Below are positions 24,699 through 35,158 of a DNA stretch of 64,000 nt, one piece after another (within the stretch, counting starts at the first letter, position 1; the number at the start of each line of letters is the position of its first letter). The stretch lies in the NCBI GenBank assembly GCA_043228905.1, contig JBHGNT010000004.1:1302001-1366000 (forward strand), in the 5' to 3' direction. Both the position numbers and the translations under genes were made by a program. The notes beneath the pieces were generated by a model that was not told the origin of the DNA, did no database searches, and saw nothing but the letters and a program-made list of their open reading frames with translations. The DNA comes from Azolla caroliniana (Eukaryota > Plantae > Polypodiophyta).

Positions 24699-27320
24699 AG
24701 GCCGGATTTCGTAAACTTGGGTCCGACGCAACCCCCTTTATTCGCAACTCGCTGCCCTCCGGCAAGGGAGCCGCGACTGGCCTCACCTTCCGGTCCACAG
24801 TCTTGTACCTCGTGTCCACCCGGGCCGTCCGACCCGACCCGAGCCCTCTACTGAAGTCCGCGATGACTTCGTACATCCTTTCCGAACATACCGGAATCGT
24901 CCGGTCCTCTTTAAGGACTCCTCCGACTACCTCTCGCAGCTCCCCCAAGGTATCGTCGAAAGAGACCGTCTCCACGGCTCCGTTGATTTCCTCTCCAAGG
25001 CCGAGGACGCCACATGCCCGAAGTTGCTCCTCCGCCCTTTTCTTCTTCCGTCCAACAACGTCAACTATCGTACACCCTCCGTTGTGGGAGAACCAAAATT
25101 TCCTACTTATAGTACAGGGTTTCTTCGTTATCTTACACTTGTGGGGTTCTCCCGGAGTGTCCGAACTATCGCGGCCCCACGCCTTGATAACCCTCTTCAA
25201 AAATCCTCCTGGCTTTCGCCCCCGAGGGTCTCACAGTTCCTCTCATGGTTCGGTCTCACTGTCAGGAACTGGACCGAGTGGCGCCCATCCTGGCTCTTGA
25301 CCCTCACATAGGCCGAGCCGTTGTCCAGCACCTTGGTTTCCATTCGTGCTGCCGTAATGTACGGTTCTCTGAGTATAACCGGATGTGAGGACGTCTCCTG
25401 TACGAAGAAGTGCTGGTCAATCTCGACATCACCGATCTTTACTTGTACATTCGGGCAGGCTCCATGCAGTTCCTCGGTGGCACGCGTTGCCGCCCGTATT
25501 TTTCACCCGTGCTTGGTGTTGATCGGCCATTTCCCCTTCTTATAGAAGTCCATGGACATCAAATTGATTTCTGAACCGTGGTCCACCAACGCCACCACCG
25601 GTTCATGAACATCTCTGATCTTCACGAGGGTCTCCGTGGTCGCTCTGGCCCAATGCGGCCTCGAATAGTGGCTCTCCACCAACTCGTCTTCCAGCGCCAT
25701 GTCCTCTATGTGCGTCGTCCGCACCTCCACCGGCTTCTCCGGTTCTGTCTCCGTCGACAGCCTCTTCCTCTTCACCAAGTCTACAATGGAGTCGTGGAAC
25801 TCCTTCTTGACGATCCCAAGCACTTCCCTCAGCGATAGCTCCACCTTGCTGTCGAGGATTCGTTCTTCCAGGACCTTTCGCAGGTCTGTGGATCTTTCGA
25901 TTTCTGTGCCCAGCTGGTACCCGCCCTTCTGTCTCCGTCGACAGCCTCTTCCTCTTCACCAAGTCTACAATGGAGTCGTGGAACTCCTTCTTGACGATCC
26001 CGAGCACTTCCCTCAGCGATAGCTCCACCTTGCTGTCGAGGATTCGTTCTTCCAGGACCTTTCGCAGGTCTGTGGATCTTTCGATTTCTGTGCCCAGCTG
26101 GTACCCGCCCTTCTTGGGATTATCCTGGGCGCCGGTTACAACGGCCTCATTCCATCTTTGCCCGAATCGAGTTTCATATCGTTGCGAGGGCCCGACCCCT
26201 CCGGTTTTCCCTACCCGCTTGTCCTCCACCAGAGCCTCGTAGTTTTGACAAGTGGCTTCGACGAAGCCCGTCTTTTCTTCCACCGGGTCACTCCACCGGG
26301 TTACCTCCCGGACCCGTTTTTCCGCGCGGTCCACCTCTTCTTTCCTCAGCCGTGCGCCGACGAGGCCTTCTAGCATCGTCGGCCAGAACCCGGCTTTGTT
26401 CTTCTTCGGGGCCTTGCCTCCTCCGACCCGAATACCAGCTGACGCCGAGTAGTGGACGGTCTCCGCATGACGAGCCACCGCCTCCTCCAACAGCCTTTTC
26501 ATGCCCCCTCGCCCGACGTTCAGGTTCAGGGCCCTCCGGGTCTCGCTGGTGTGCACCTGACCGTTCCACAGGTACACCTTGTTGCTTCTCATCGCCTCGG
26601 CGAAGTCCCCGCAGTCCTTTCGGACGTGCCCCACCGCGTCACACCACATGCACCTGTTTTCAGCCAGAGGTCGTCGGTCATGGGCCTGTTTGCCACCATC
26701 CCTCTGTGCCTGGGCGATTTGGAGATCCTTTACCATCCGCGTTAGCTCCTCCAGAGCTGCTCCCCCGGACGAGCCCTTGACCACGCCGGTTGAAGCCGAC
26801 CCGGTCTCGAGCCAATCTCGGGTCTCTTCCCTTCGCGTTGGTGGTGTTGGCTCGAGCTTCTTTGCTGCGACAGAGCCCGCCCCTGTCGACCCTTTGTCAA
26901 CCCATTCCCGCCGTTTGTCGAAACGGCCACAGACCCTTTTCACCACGGCCCAGTCGGCCGTCAGCCCGTCATCAGTCTCCAATAGGAGGCCTACCTGCTC
27001 CCGATCCCGCTCGTCAACCGACTTAACAAACAATAGGACACGACTCGTGTCCAGAACGGTCCGGTCAAACACCGAGAGGCACGCGAAGCGTTCCTGAAAC
27101 TCCCGAAGGAGCACCGACGTGTTCCTTCCTTTGTCGGGGGTCTCCACCCACTCCATGAAGTCCCACTTCGAAAGTCGAAGCGCATCTTCAAGCCCGTATT
27201 TTTTGAGGAGCCGACCTTCGAACTCCTCCCAGGTCCGGCTCTCGGCCCGTACCTCGAGCAGCTTCGTATGGATACCCGGCATCGCCACTCGAGGGAATCC
27301 GGCTAGACGCCTCTCTTCCG
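24699..27320 (-). pseudogene. Element D gag-protease region (frameshifted)
   Basis: ORFs 25603-27288, 25503-25844 and 24487-25200, with a zinc knuckle and a DHGS aspartic protease motif. Confidence 0.85.
25743..26110. repeat. 184-bp tandem duplication inside D gag
   Basis: Units 25743-25926 and 25927-26110, one substitution apart (CCCAAG/CCCGAG), with TTCT microhomology at the boundaries. Confidence 0.92.
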
Positions 27321-29701
27321 AGCTTCTGGCTGGTTTCTCTTTCCACTCTCGCGTGGAGCTCTTTGAAGACGGATAACACCTGATCCTTCATCTTCAATGG
27401 TGTGGCCCACAGCTTCCGGCTGTGGTCATCTATGAACGTCACGAAGTACTGCGATCCGGCATGTGACTTCGTATCCACTTGACATACATCCGTATGCACC
27501 AACTCCAGTGGCGCATTACGTCTCATCGGTGGCCTTGATCAGAAAGAGGTCCAGTTTTGCTTACCGGCCAGACAATCAGTGCACTTCTCCAAGTGCACGT
27601 TCTTCACTAGAATGAGGTTGTCGTCTGCAAGCCTCTTCATCCCCTTCTCGCTCATGTGACACAGCCTTTTGTGCCACAGCTCACCGACAGTGTCGGATGC
27701 CACGTTCACTTCCTCCGGACATAACCGGGCATTCATCAGGTACAATGTGTTTACCTTCCGGGCCCGAGCCACAATTAGGCTCCCTTTGCTGAACTTCATG
27801 ACACCGTTCCGGATGCTACCCGTGTAGCCTTCATCATCTAGCCGACCGGCTGATATCAGGTTCAGACGAACCTCCGGAACGTGTCGGACATGCTTTAGCA
27901 ACATCTTGCAACCGGTTGGTGTTGTCAACCACACGTCTCCTATGCCGACAATTCGGCATGTTCCTTCATTCCCCATCTAGACATAGCTGTGATCACCGGC
28001 TGAGTAGGATGAGAAGCATTTCCGGTAAGATGGAATGATGCTCCGGAGTCGACCACCCAAGTCATCTCGTCGCCGGCAAGGTTTATCTCACTCTCCTCGG
28101 TGATGAGCATCAACTCTTCTTCACTTGCCGTGATTGCCGTTGTCCCCTTCCGGTCCGTTCCCCTCCAGTCTTTACCGTTCCGGTCCGGTATCCGCTTCGA
28201 ATCGGTACCGTCGGTTTCGGAAATGTCGACAGTTCTTCTGGAAGTGTCCCGGCTTGCCGCAATAGAAGCAAGTAGGCTTGACTTTGACCGTGTCCCCGAC
28301 TTTTACCGGTTCTGGGGACTACGGTTCCTTTGTCTTCCGCGTTCCGATTCAGTAAGGAGCGCTTTGGAGTCGGAGCTCGTATCCTTATCTTTCCGATGCG
28401 CCTCCTCATCCAGCAAGCTCGACTTCACTCTTGCTAGGGATAACTGTTTTCCATCCGGCCCAGCGTTGCCCAAAGTGACAACCAACGTCTCCCAGCTATC
28501 CGGGAGGGAACCGAGCAGGAGTAGCACTAGTACCTCATCGGCGAGAGGTACTTCCAATGATGTTGCCTGGTGGATCAACCCTTGGAAGGCATTCATGTCT
28601 TCCGCCATGCTGGAGCCATCTTGGTATCGGAGTCTTACTAGCTTCCGGAAAACCGAAACCTGATTAACAACATTTTTGTTCTAAAACATAATGTCGATCT
28701 TCTCCCAGAGCTCATGAGCCTTGCTCTCTTCATTGAAGTTGTTGTATAGGCTCATGTCGATGAAGCACCGTATGTAAGCCGTTGTCTTCATGTGCATCAC
28801 CTCCCATATCATGGCGTCAATTTTGTCCAGTCTCTTGTCCCCAAACTGAACCGGCAACCACAGATCTTTAACCACGAGCATGTCCCTCATCTTCGACTTC
28901 CATACCGAATAGTTGGAGCCGGTGAGCTTGAACATGACTCCCAACGAATCGTCCATTTTATGTGTCGTTTTGCTCTGATACCACTTGACGGGAACTACAC
29001 GTCCCGTATGCGCAACGCTCGGCCACAACCGAGCTTAGAATCATACACAATAAAACAGGAAAAAGTAAGACACACGACACAAAGGAGAGAAGAGTACACA
29101 GGATGTTTAACGTGGAAAACCCCGAGAGGGAAAAACCACGGGAGTCCACAGACTCCAAACTATCACTATGTTACAGTGTACAACAGTAAAGCACTGAGGC
29201 AACGACCTCGAGCTTTCCATCTTCGCCACAGGCGGCGGTTACAACAGAGGCAACGACCTCTTCCTCTCTCTCTCTCTCTCTGTACACAGTTACACACTCT
29301 GATCTCGCGCAAACAAGAATGACAACACACACAAAAAGTTTGCCCTTTAAGTCATATTTATACTAATATGACTTTTCGGCTATTTACAAATATAGCCACG
29401 ATGGACTCTTAGAAACATATTTACGAATATGTCTCTTCATCCGGTGAGCACTCCTCACCGGGTTTGCACCATCCGGCTCTCCGTAGCCGGGTACTTCTCA
29501 TCCGGTTCTCACCGGGTCTGCACCATCCGGCTCTCCGTAGCCGGGTACTCCTCATCCGGTTCTCACCGGGGCTGCACCATCCGGCTCTCCGTAGCCGAGT
29601 ACTCCTCATCCGGTTCTCACCGGGGCCTATCGGCCTCGGCCGAGTTTGCTCATCAGCACTGTTCTTCTCCCTTCCCATCCGGAGGGACCTGTCTCCCAAC
29701 A
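27321..29701 (-). mobile_element. Element C: 3'-truncated Ty1/copia (Tork/Tnt1-Tto1-like), relative of B
   Basis: 5' LTR 29701-28986 (TGTTGGGAGAC...CCCGTCA). tRNA-iMet PBS TGGTATCAGAGC at 28983-28972. gag-PR-INT start at 28956 with stops and frameshifts; protein segments are closely similar to B. Confidence 0.9.
28986..29701 (-). repeat. Element C 5' LTR (716 bp) with 3 x 54-bp U3 tandem repeat (~29455-29625)
   Basis: TG/CA termini, adjacent PBS, unit CTCACCGGG..TGCACCATCCGGCTCTCCGTAGCCG.GTACT.CTCATCCGGTT. Confidence 0.88.
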
Positions 29702-30455
29702 CCCCCTCCGCGTATAACGGCGAAGCGTTGAGGACCGTGGGGACGTGTTCTTCCGTGATAATTCGGACCTTTGTCTTGCTTCGTTGGAACGAGATCATGT
29801 TGCGTTGCCAATGCTGTTTGATATTCACTGTACGCAACCATGGTCTACCTAGTAACATTGGGTAGGCGCCTTGTGTCTCCAGTCTTAGCACGACGGCCGA
29901 GATGGTGAACATGTGGCCTCCGAGTGTGAAGTCGAGGTGGCGGATTAAACCAATGGGGCGAACGGAGCAGGTGTCGGCCATCCGAAGCCAAAAGGGGCAC
30001 GGTTCCCATTGATTTAGGCCGAGGTTGTGACAAGTTGTCTCGCTAATAACATTTACGCCAGATCCGCCGTCTATGATGCATCCGTGCATGTCTTGTCCTT
30101 TAATGATGATTTTCACGGCTGGGTTCTGAGAATCCATGAGTGGTGGACCTGTGCCTGGTTCGGTGAGGTGAACCGGTGGCGTTACGGGCTTAGTATTGGC
30201 CTGGAGTGCAGCCAGGGTGTCCCGAAATCTCGGCATGAGTGGTAACAACTTATGTAGGGGCAGCGAGATGCGGGAGTTGGTAAGAGCATCCCATAGCTAG
30301 TCGTCCTCCTCCGACGTGGATGGTACCGAGGTTTGTTGTGCTCCACTGGGCCCATCTCTCATGTCAGTTTGCATGCGCACGACATTATTTTTATTGGCCG
30401 TGTCGATCCATTCTTTTGCTGCTTGACGGACTTCATCCTGGATTTGCCACTGTGT
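29702..30455 (-). pseudogene. Element A gag C-terminus and aspartic protease
   Basis: CIIDGGSGVNVIS...MLLGRPWL in ORF 29421-30248; interrupted at YAEGV by element C. Confidence 0.85.
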
Positions 30456-31043
30456 TGTTGGGATTTCGGTCCCTCCGGATGGGATGTCCGGAGATGAATG
30501 ACGGCAAGCCCGGTTGCGGTTACGGAGCCGGATGATGAAGACCCCGGTTACGGAGCCGGATGACGAATGTACCCGGAGAGAGATCCGGATGCGGAGACAT
30601 ATTTGTGAATATGTTTGCCAAGAGCCCTTGAGGCTATATTTGTAAATAGCCCGAAAGTCATATGTGTATAAATATGACTTAGGGCAAACAGTTAAGTCTG
30701 TTGTTGCTCATTTTTCTGTTTTCCACTAAGAGGGAGCGAAGTGAGAGCAGCCGAGAGTGAGTGAGAGAGAAGGAGGAAGGAAGAGGTCGACGCCTCTGCG
30801 TAATACCGCCGCCTGTGGCGAGAACAGCGAGCTCAAGGTCGTCGCCTTGCAGCTCGCCATTGTACATTTCCGCGTATAGTGATAGTTGGAGTATTGCACT
30901 CCCGTGGTTTTTCCCATTTAGGGTTTTCCACGTAAAACATCCAGTGTGCCCTTCTCTCTATTGTTTTTCGTGCATTGTTGTATTTCCCGTTTTCTGTGAA
31001 TCGATCCTGTTCCTCGGTTGTGGCCGAGCACGGAATTACGACA
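30456..31043 (+). repeat. Element B 5' LTR (588 bp)
   Basis: Matches the 3' LTR except for five missing 28-bp units. Confidence 0.95.
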
Positions 31044-31074
31044 AATTGGTATCAGAGCGACGGTAACACAGAAA

Positions 31075-34000
31075 ATGGAAGGCGGCAGCAGCGGGCAGCC
31101 GGGGATGATGGTGCTGAATGCGCAGAACTACGCCGACTGGAAGATAAAGATGGAGGATCTGCTCATTGTTCGGGATCTGTATGAACCGATCGACAGGTCG
31201 GAAATACCCAAGGGGGTACTTGAGACGGAGTGGAGGCTTCTGAACCGGAAAGCCGTTGCAACCATTCGGCAATACGTCAACGTGAGCGTTCTACAACACG
31301 TGGCGAACGACACCAACGCATATGAGATGTGGCGGAAGCTGTCGGGCCTCTACGAGAGGAAGAATGCGTTGAACCGGACCTCCCTGATGAGAAAGATAGT
31401 GAACCTCAAGTATCGGGACGGCGAGAGTATGGTGGAACACGTAAGCACGTTCATGGGATTCGTGAACCAGCTTGCGGCGATCAAGTTCCCGTTGGAGGAT
31501 GCAATGCAAGCCATCATCCTGATGTGTACATTGCCGGACAGCTGGGAGAACTTGGTGGTGACTCTCAGCACCTCCTGCACCGAAGATAACTTGTCCCTAC
31601 AAACGGTAAAGACAAGTATTTTGAACGAAGAAGCGCGTCGGAGAGATAAAGAACCGGTTTCTGATCAGAAGATGCTGCTTACCGAATCGGATCGGGGAAG
31701 ACAATGGAACCGGAGTCCGCAAAGACGGGAGAAGTCGGGGACCCGGTCGCAGTCAAGAGGAAGGCCAACATGCTTCCACTGTGGGAAGCCGGGGCACTTC
31801 CGGAAGAATTGTCGGCATTACCGAAAGGACAACGGAGCCGACGACACCGATTCGAAGAAGTCACCGGAGAGAAACGGTGCATACCGGGGAGCCACGGACC
31901 GGAGAGGTCCGGATCGGCGAGGGCAGGACCGGAAAGGAACGACGGCACTCGCGGCAAGTGAAGAAGAGATAATGCTTATTACCGAAGAGAGGGAGCTGAA
32001 CCTTGCCGGTGTAGAGATGACCTGGGTGGTCGATTCCGGAGCGTCGTTCCACCTGACCCCGGAGAAGAAATACTTCTCATCCTACACAGCCGGTGAGCAC
32101 GGCTGTGTCCGGATGGGAAATGAAGGCACATGCCGGATTGCCGGCATAGGAGACGTGTGGCTGTTGACATCAACCGGATGCAAGATGCTGTTGAAGGATG
32201 TGCGACACGTTCCGGAGGTCCGTTTGAACCTGATCTCGGCCGGAAGGCTAGATGATGAAGGCTACACGGGTAGCATCCGGAACGGTGTCATGAAGTTCAG
32301 CAAGGGGAGCCTGATAGTGGCTCGGGCCCGGAAGGTCAACACCCTGTACCTGATGAATTCCCGGCTATGTCCGGAGGAGCTGAACGTGGCAGCCGACACT
32401 GCCGGTGAGCTGTGGCACAAGAGACTGTGCCACATGAGCGAGAAGGGGATGAAGAGGCTTGCAGAAGACAACCTCATTCCAGTGAAGCATGTGCATCTGG
32501 AGAAGTGCACCGATTGCCTGGCCGGTAAGCAGAACCGAACCTCCTTCCACTCAAGGCCACCGACGAGACGTAGCGCACCATTGGAGTTGGTGCACACGGA
32601 TGTGTGTCAGGTAGAAACGAAGTCACATGGCGGAGCCCAGTACTTCGTGACTTTCATTGATGATCACAGCCGGAAGCTGTGGACGGCGCCGTTGAAGAAA
32701 AAGGACCAAGTGTTGTCCGTCTTCAAAGAACTCCACGCAAGAGTGGAAAGGGAATCCGGCAAGAAGCTGAAAGCGATACGAGCGGATAACGGAGGGGAAT
32801 ACCGGGGACAGTTCCAGGAGTACTGTCGCTCGAAGGGAATCCGGCTCGAGTTTACTGTGCCGAAGACGCCGGAACTGAACGGGCTGGCCGAGAGGATGAA
32901 CCGGACCATAATGGAGAGGGTCCGGAGTATGCTGGCGCATGCGAAATTACCCAAGGGGTTTTGGGCTGAGGCAATGTCGACGGCGACATATGTGATAAAC
33001 CGATCACCCTCAGTACCTTTGGACGGAGACACGCCGCAGAGAGTGTGGACCGGTAGGGAAGTATCTTACCGGCATCTGAAGGTGTTCGGGTGTCTCGCAT
33101 ACGTGCATGTGGCAAAGGACCGGAGAGGAAAGCTAGATCCAAAGACCCGGCCATGCATATTCCTCGGTTACGGCGACGACGAGTTCGGCTACCGAGTATG
33201 GGACCCGGTCGACAAGAAGATATTCAGGAGTCGAGATATCATCTTCATGGAGAACAAGACACTCGCCGACTGGGAGTCGGAGAAGAAGATGAAGAGCTCC
33301 AAGTCGACCGGTGAGGATCAACTCTACGAGGAGCAGTCCCGACCGGCAAGGGACCGGTTACCACTCGAGGATCCGGCCGAAGACGGTGAAGAAACAGAAC
33401 CGGCCGAAGAAGATGAAAATGATACCGGAACCGGCCCCGATCCCGAAATGGATTCGGATGAAGAAGAATCGGAAGAACCGGTTACCGAAGCTCCGGAACG
33501 GAGATATCCTCTAAGAGAGAGAAGGGCCCCCCGGAGATTTCCGGAACCAGAGCACGTGCTGCTAACCGACGAAGGGGAGCCGGAGAGCTTTGAAGAAGCA
33601 AAGCATGACACCCAGAGCCGCAGGTGGTTGAGTGCCATGCAGGACGAGATGGATTCCCTGCATGAGAACCACACATATGAACTTGTGGAGTTGCCGAAAG
33701 GAAAGCGGGCACTTCGAAACAAGTGGGTGTTCAAGCTGAAACCGGGAGATGCCGGAAACCCCCCGAGATACAAAGCCAGGATCGTGGTGAAGGGGTTTCA
33801 GCAGAAGAAGGGCGTCGACTTCGACGAGATATTCGCCCCGGTAGTGAAGATGACCTCCATCCGGACGGTGCTGAGCATAGCGGCAAGCATGGACCTCGAG
33901 GTAGAACAGATGGACGTGAAGACGGCATTCCTTCACGGTGACCTCGAAGAAGAGATCTACATGCAGCAACCGGAAGGATTCGAGAAGAAAGGGAAGGAGC

Positions 34001-35148
34001 ACCTGGTATGCCGGTTGAAGAAGAGCCTTTACGGACTGAAGCAGGCTCCCCGGCAATGGTACCGGAAGTTCGACTCCTTCATGACCGACGAAGGGTACCA
34101 CAAAACGCAGTCTGATCACTGCGTGTTTGTGAAGAAGTTCGAAGGAGGAGACTCTCTAATACTCCTCCTGTACGTGGACGACATGTTGATCGTCGGACGG
34201 GACCAGGTCAAGATACGGACGCTGAAGAAAGCGCTTCACCGAACCTTCTCAATGAAGGACCTGGGTCCGGCGAGGCAAATACTAGGGATGCACATCATCT
34301 GGGACCGGAAGAAGAAGCAGTTGTGGCTGTCACAGGAGAAGTACGTGACAAAGGTGCTTCACCGGTTCAACATGTCGGAAGCAAGACCGGTCGGGTCAAC
34401 CCTCCCGGGAAACTGCAAGTTGTCCAGCAAGCAAAGCCCCAAGACAAAGGCTGAGAAGGAGGACATGATGAAAGTACCATATGCCTCTGCCGTCGGAAGC
34501 TTAATGTACGCAATGGTGTGTACAAGACCGGACATAGGATATGCAGTTGGAGTGGTGAGCCGGTACATGAGGAATCCCGGCAAAGAGCACTGGAACGCGG
34601 TCAAGTGGATACTCCGATACCTGAAGGGCACGGCAAACGTGTGCCTCCGATTCGGCTCCGGTAAGCCCGAATTCGACGGCTTTACCGATTCGGATATGTC
34701 GGCTGATGCAGATACCAGTCGGTCCACATCAGGGTATGTGATGACGTATGCAGGTGGAGCTGTTTCGTGGCGGTCGAGGCTGCAGAAGACGGTTGCGTTG
34801 TCAACCACGGAGGCGGAGTACATGGCGGCTGTTGAAGCCGGCAAGGAAATAATATGGATGAAGGACTTCATTAGAGAGCTCGGTATCCAGCAGGAGGAGT
34901 ACCGACTCTACTGCGACAGTCAGAGTGCCATCCACCTTGCGAAGAACGCGGCTTATCACTCCCGGACGAAGCACATCCAGCGAAGATATCACTGGATCCG
35001 GGAAAGGATAGAAGACAAGGAGTTCGTGCTGACGAAGGTCCACACGGACGAGAACGGGTCGGATATGCTGACCAAGGTGCTCACACCCGACAAGCTGGAA
35101 GCATGCCGGAAGAGGATCGGACTGGAGAGACATCCCATGCCGAAGTGA
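31075..35148 (+). CDS. Copia Gag-Pol polyprotein (gag, PR, INT, RT, RNase H), uninterrupted, ~1357 aa
   Basis: CFHCGKPGHFRKNC knuckle; WVVDSGASFH protease; HTDVC / RADNGGEY / NGLAERMN integrase DDE; LLLYVDDML RT; FTDSD...EAEY...CDSQSA RNase H. ATG at 31075 is the first Met after the PBS. Confidence 0.95.
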   Translation: MEGGSSGQPGMMVLNAQNYADWKIKMEDLLIVRDLYEPIDRSEIPKGVLETEWRLLNRKAVATIRQYVNVSVLQHVANDTNAYEMWRKLSGLYERKNALNRTSLMRKIVNLKYRDGESMVEHVSTFMGFVNQLAAIKFPLEDAMQAIILMCTLPDSWENLVVTLSTSCTEDNLSLQTVKTSILNEEARRRDKEPVSDQKMLLTESDRGRQWNRSPQRREKSGTRSQSRGRPTCFHCGKPGHFRKNCRHYRKDNGADDTDSKKSPERNGAYRGATDRRGPDRRGQDRKGTTALAASEEEIMLITEERELNLAGVEMTWVVDSGASFHLTPEKKYFSSYTAGEHGCVRMGNEGTCRIAGIGDVWLLTSTGCKMLLKDVRHVPEVRLNLISAGRLDDEGYTGSIRNGVMKFSKGSLIVARARKVNTLYLMNSRLCPEELNVAADTAGELWHKRLCHMSEKGMKRLAEDNLIPVKHVHLEKCTDCLAGKQNRTSFHSRPPTRRSAPLELVHTDVCQVETKSHGGAQYFVTFIDDHSRKLWTAPLKKKDQVLSVFKELHARVERESGKKLKAIRADNGGEYRGQFQEYCRSKGIRLEFTVPKTPELNGLAERMNRTIMERVRSMLAHAKLPKGFWAEAMSTATYVINRSPSVPLDGDTPQRVWTGREVSYRHLKVFGCLAYVHVAKDRRGKLDPKTRPCIFLGYGDDEFGYRVWDPVDKKIFRSRDIIFMENKTLADWESEKKMKSSKSTGEDQLYEEQSRPARDRLPLEDPAEDGEETEPAEEDENDTGTGPDPEMDSDEEESEEPVTEAPERRYPLRERRAPRRFPEPEHVLLTDEGEPESFEEAKHDTQSRRWLSAMQDEMDSLHENHTYELVELPKGKRALRNKWVFKLKPGDAGNPPRYKARIVVKGFQQKKGVDFDEIFAPVVKMTSIRTVLSIAASMDLEVEQMDVKTAFLHGDLEEEIYMQQPEGFEKKGKEHLVCRLKKSLYGLKQAPRQWYRKFDSFMTDEGYHKTQSDHCVFVKKFEGGDSLILLLYVDDMLIVGRDQVKIRTLKKALHRTFSMKDLGPARQILGMHIIWDRKKKQLWLSQEKYVTKVLHRFNMSEARPVGSTLPGNCKLSSKQSPKTKAEKEDMMKVPYASAVGSLMYAMVCTRPDIGYAVGVVSRYMRNPGKEHWNAVKWILRYLKGTANVCLRFGSGKPEFDGFTDSDMSADADTSRSTSGYVMTYAGGAVSWRSRLQKTVALSTTEAEYMAAVEAGKEIIWMKDFIRELGIQQEEYRLYCDSQSAIHLAKNAAYHSRTKHIQRRYHWIRERIEDKEFVLTKVHTDENGSDMLTKVLTPDKLEACRKRIGLERHPMPK

Positions 35149-35158
35149 AGGGGGAGTT

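Larger units (their letters stand above)
23292..27320 (-). mobile_element. Element D: Ty3/gypsy LTR retrotransposon, 5'-truncated and lacking RT/RNase H
   Basis: gag with CMWCDAVGHVRKDC knuckle, protease ALVDHGSEINLM, integrase C-terminus WPRLLPYALWADRTT...WFGPYVV, PPT and 3' LTR. Confidence 0.88.

Noticed and set aside
29421-29701. Repetitive C-terminus PGENRMRSTRLRRAGW on the protease ORF
   Set aside because: It is read-through from element A protease into the 54-bp repeats of element C's LTR.
31018-31074. N-terminal extension of the copia ORF from a non-ATG start
   Set aside because: It overlaps the LTR and PBS; the real start is ATG 31075.
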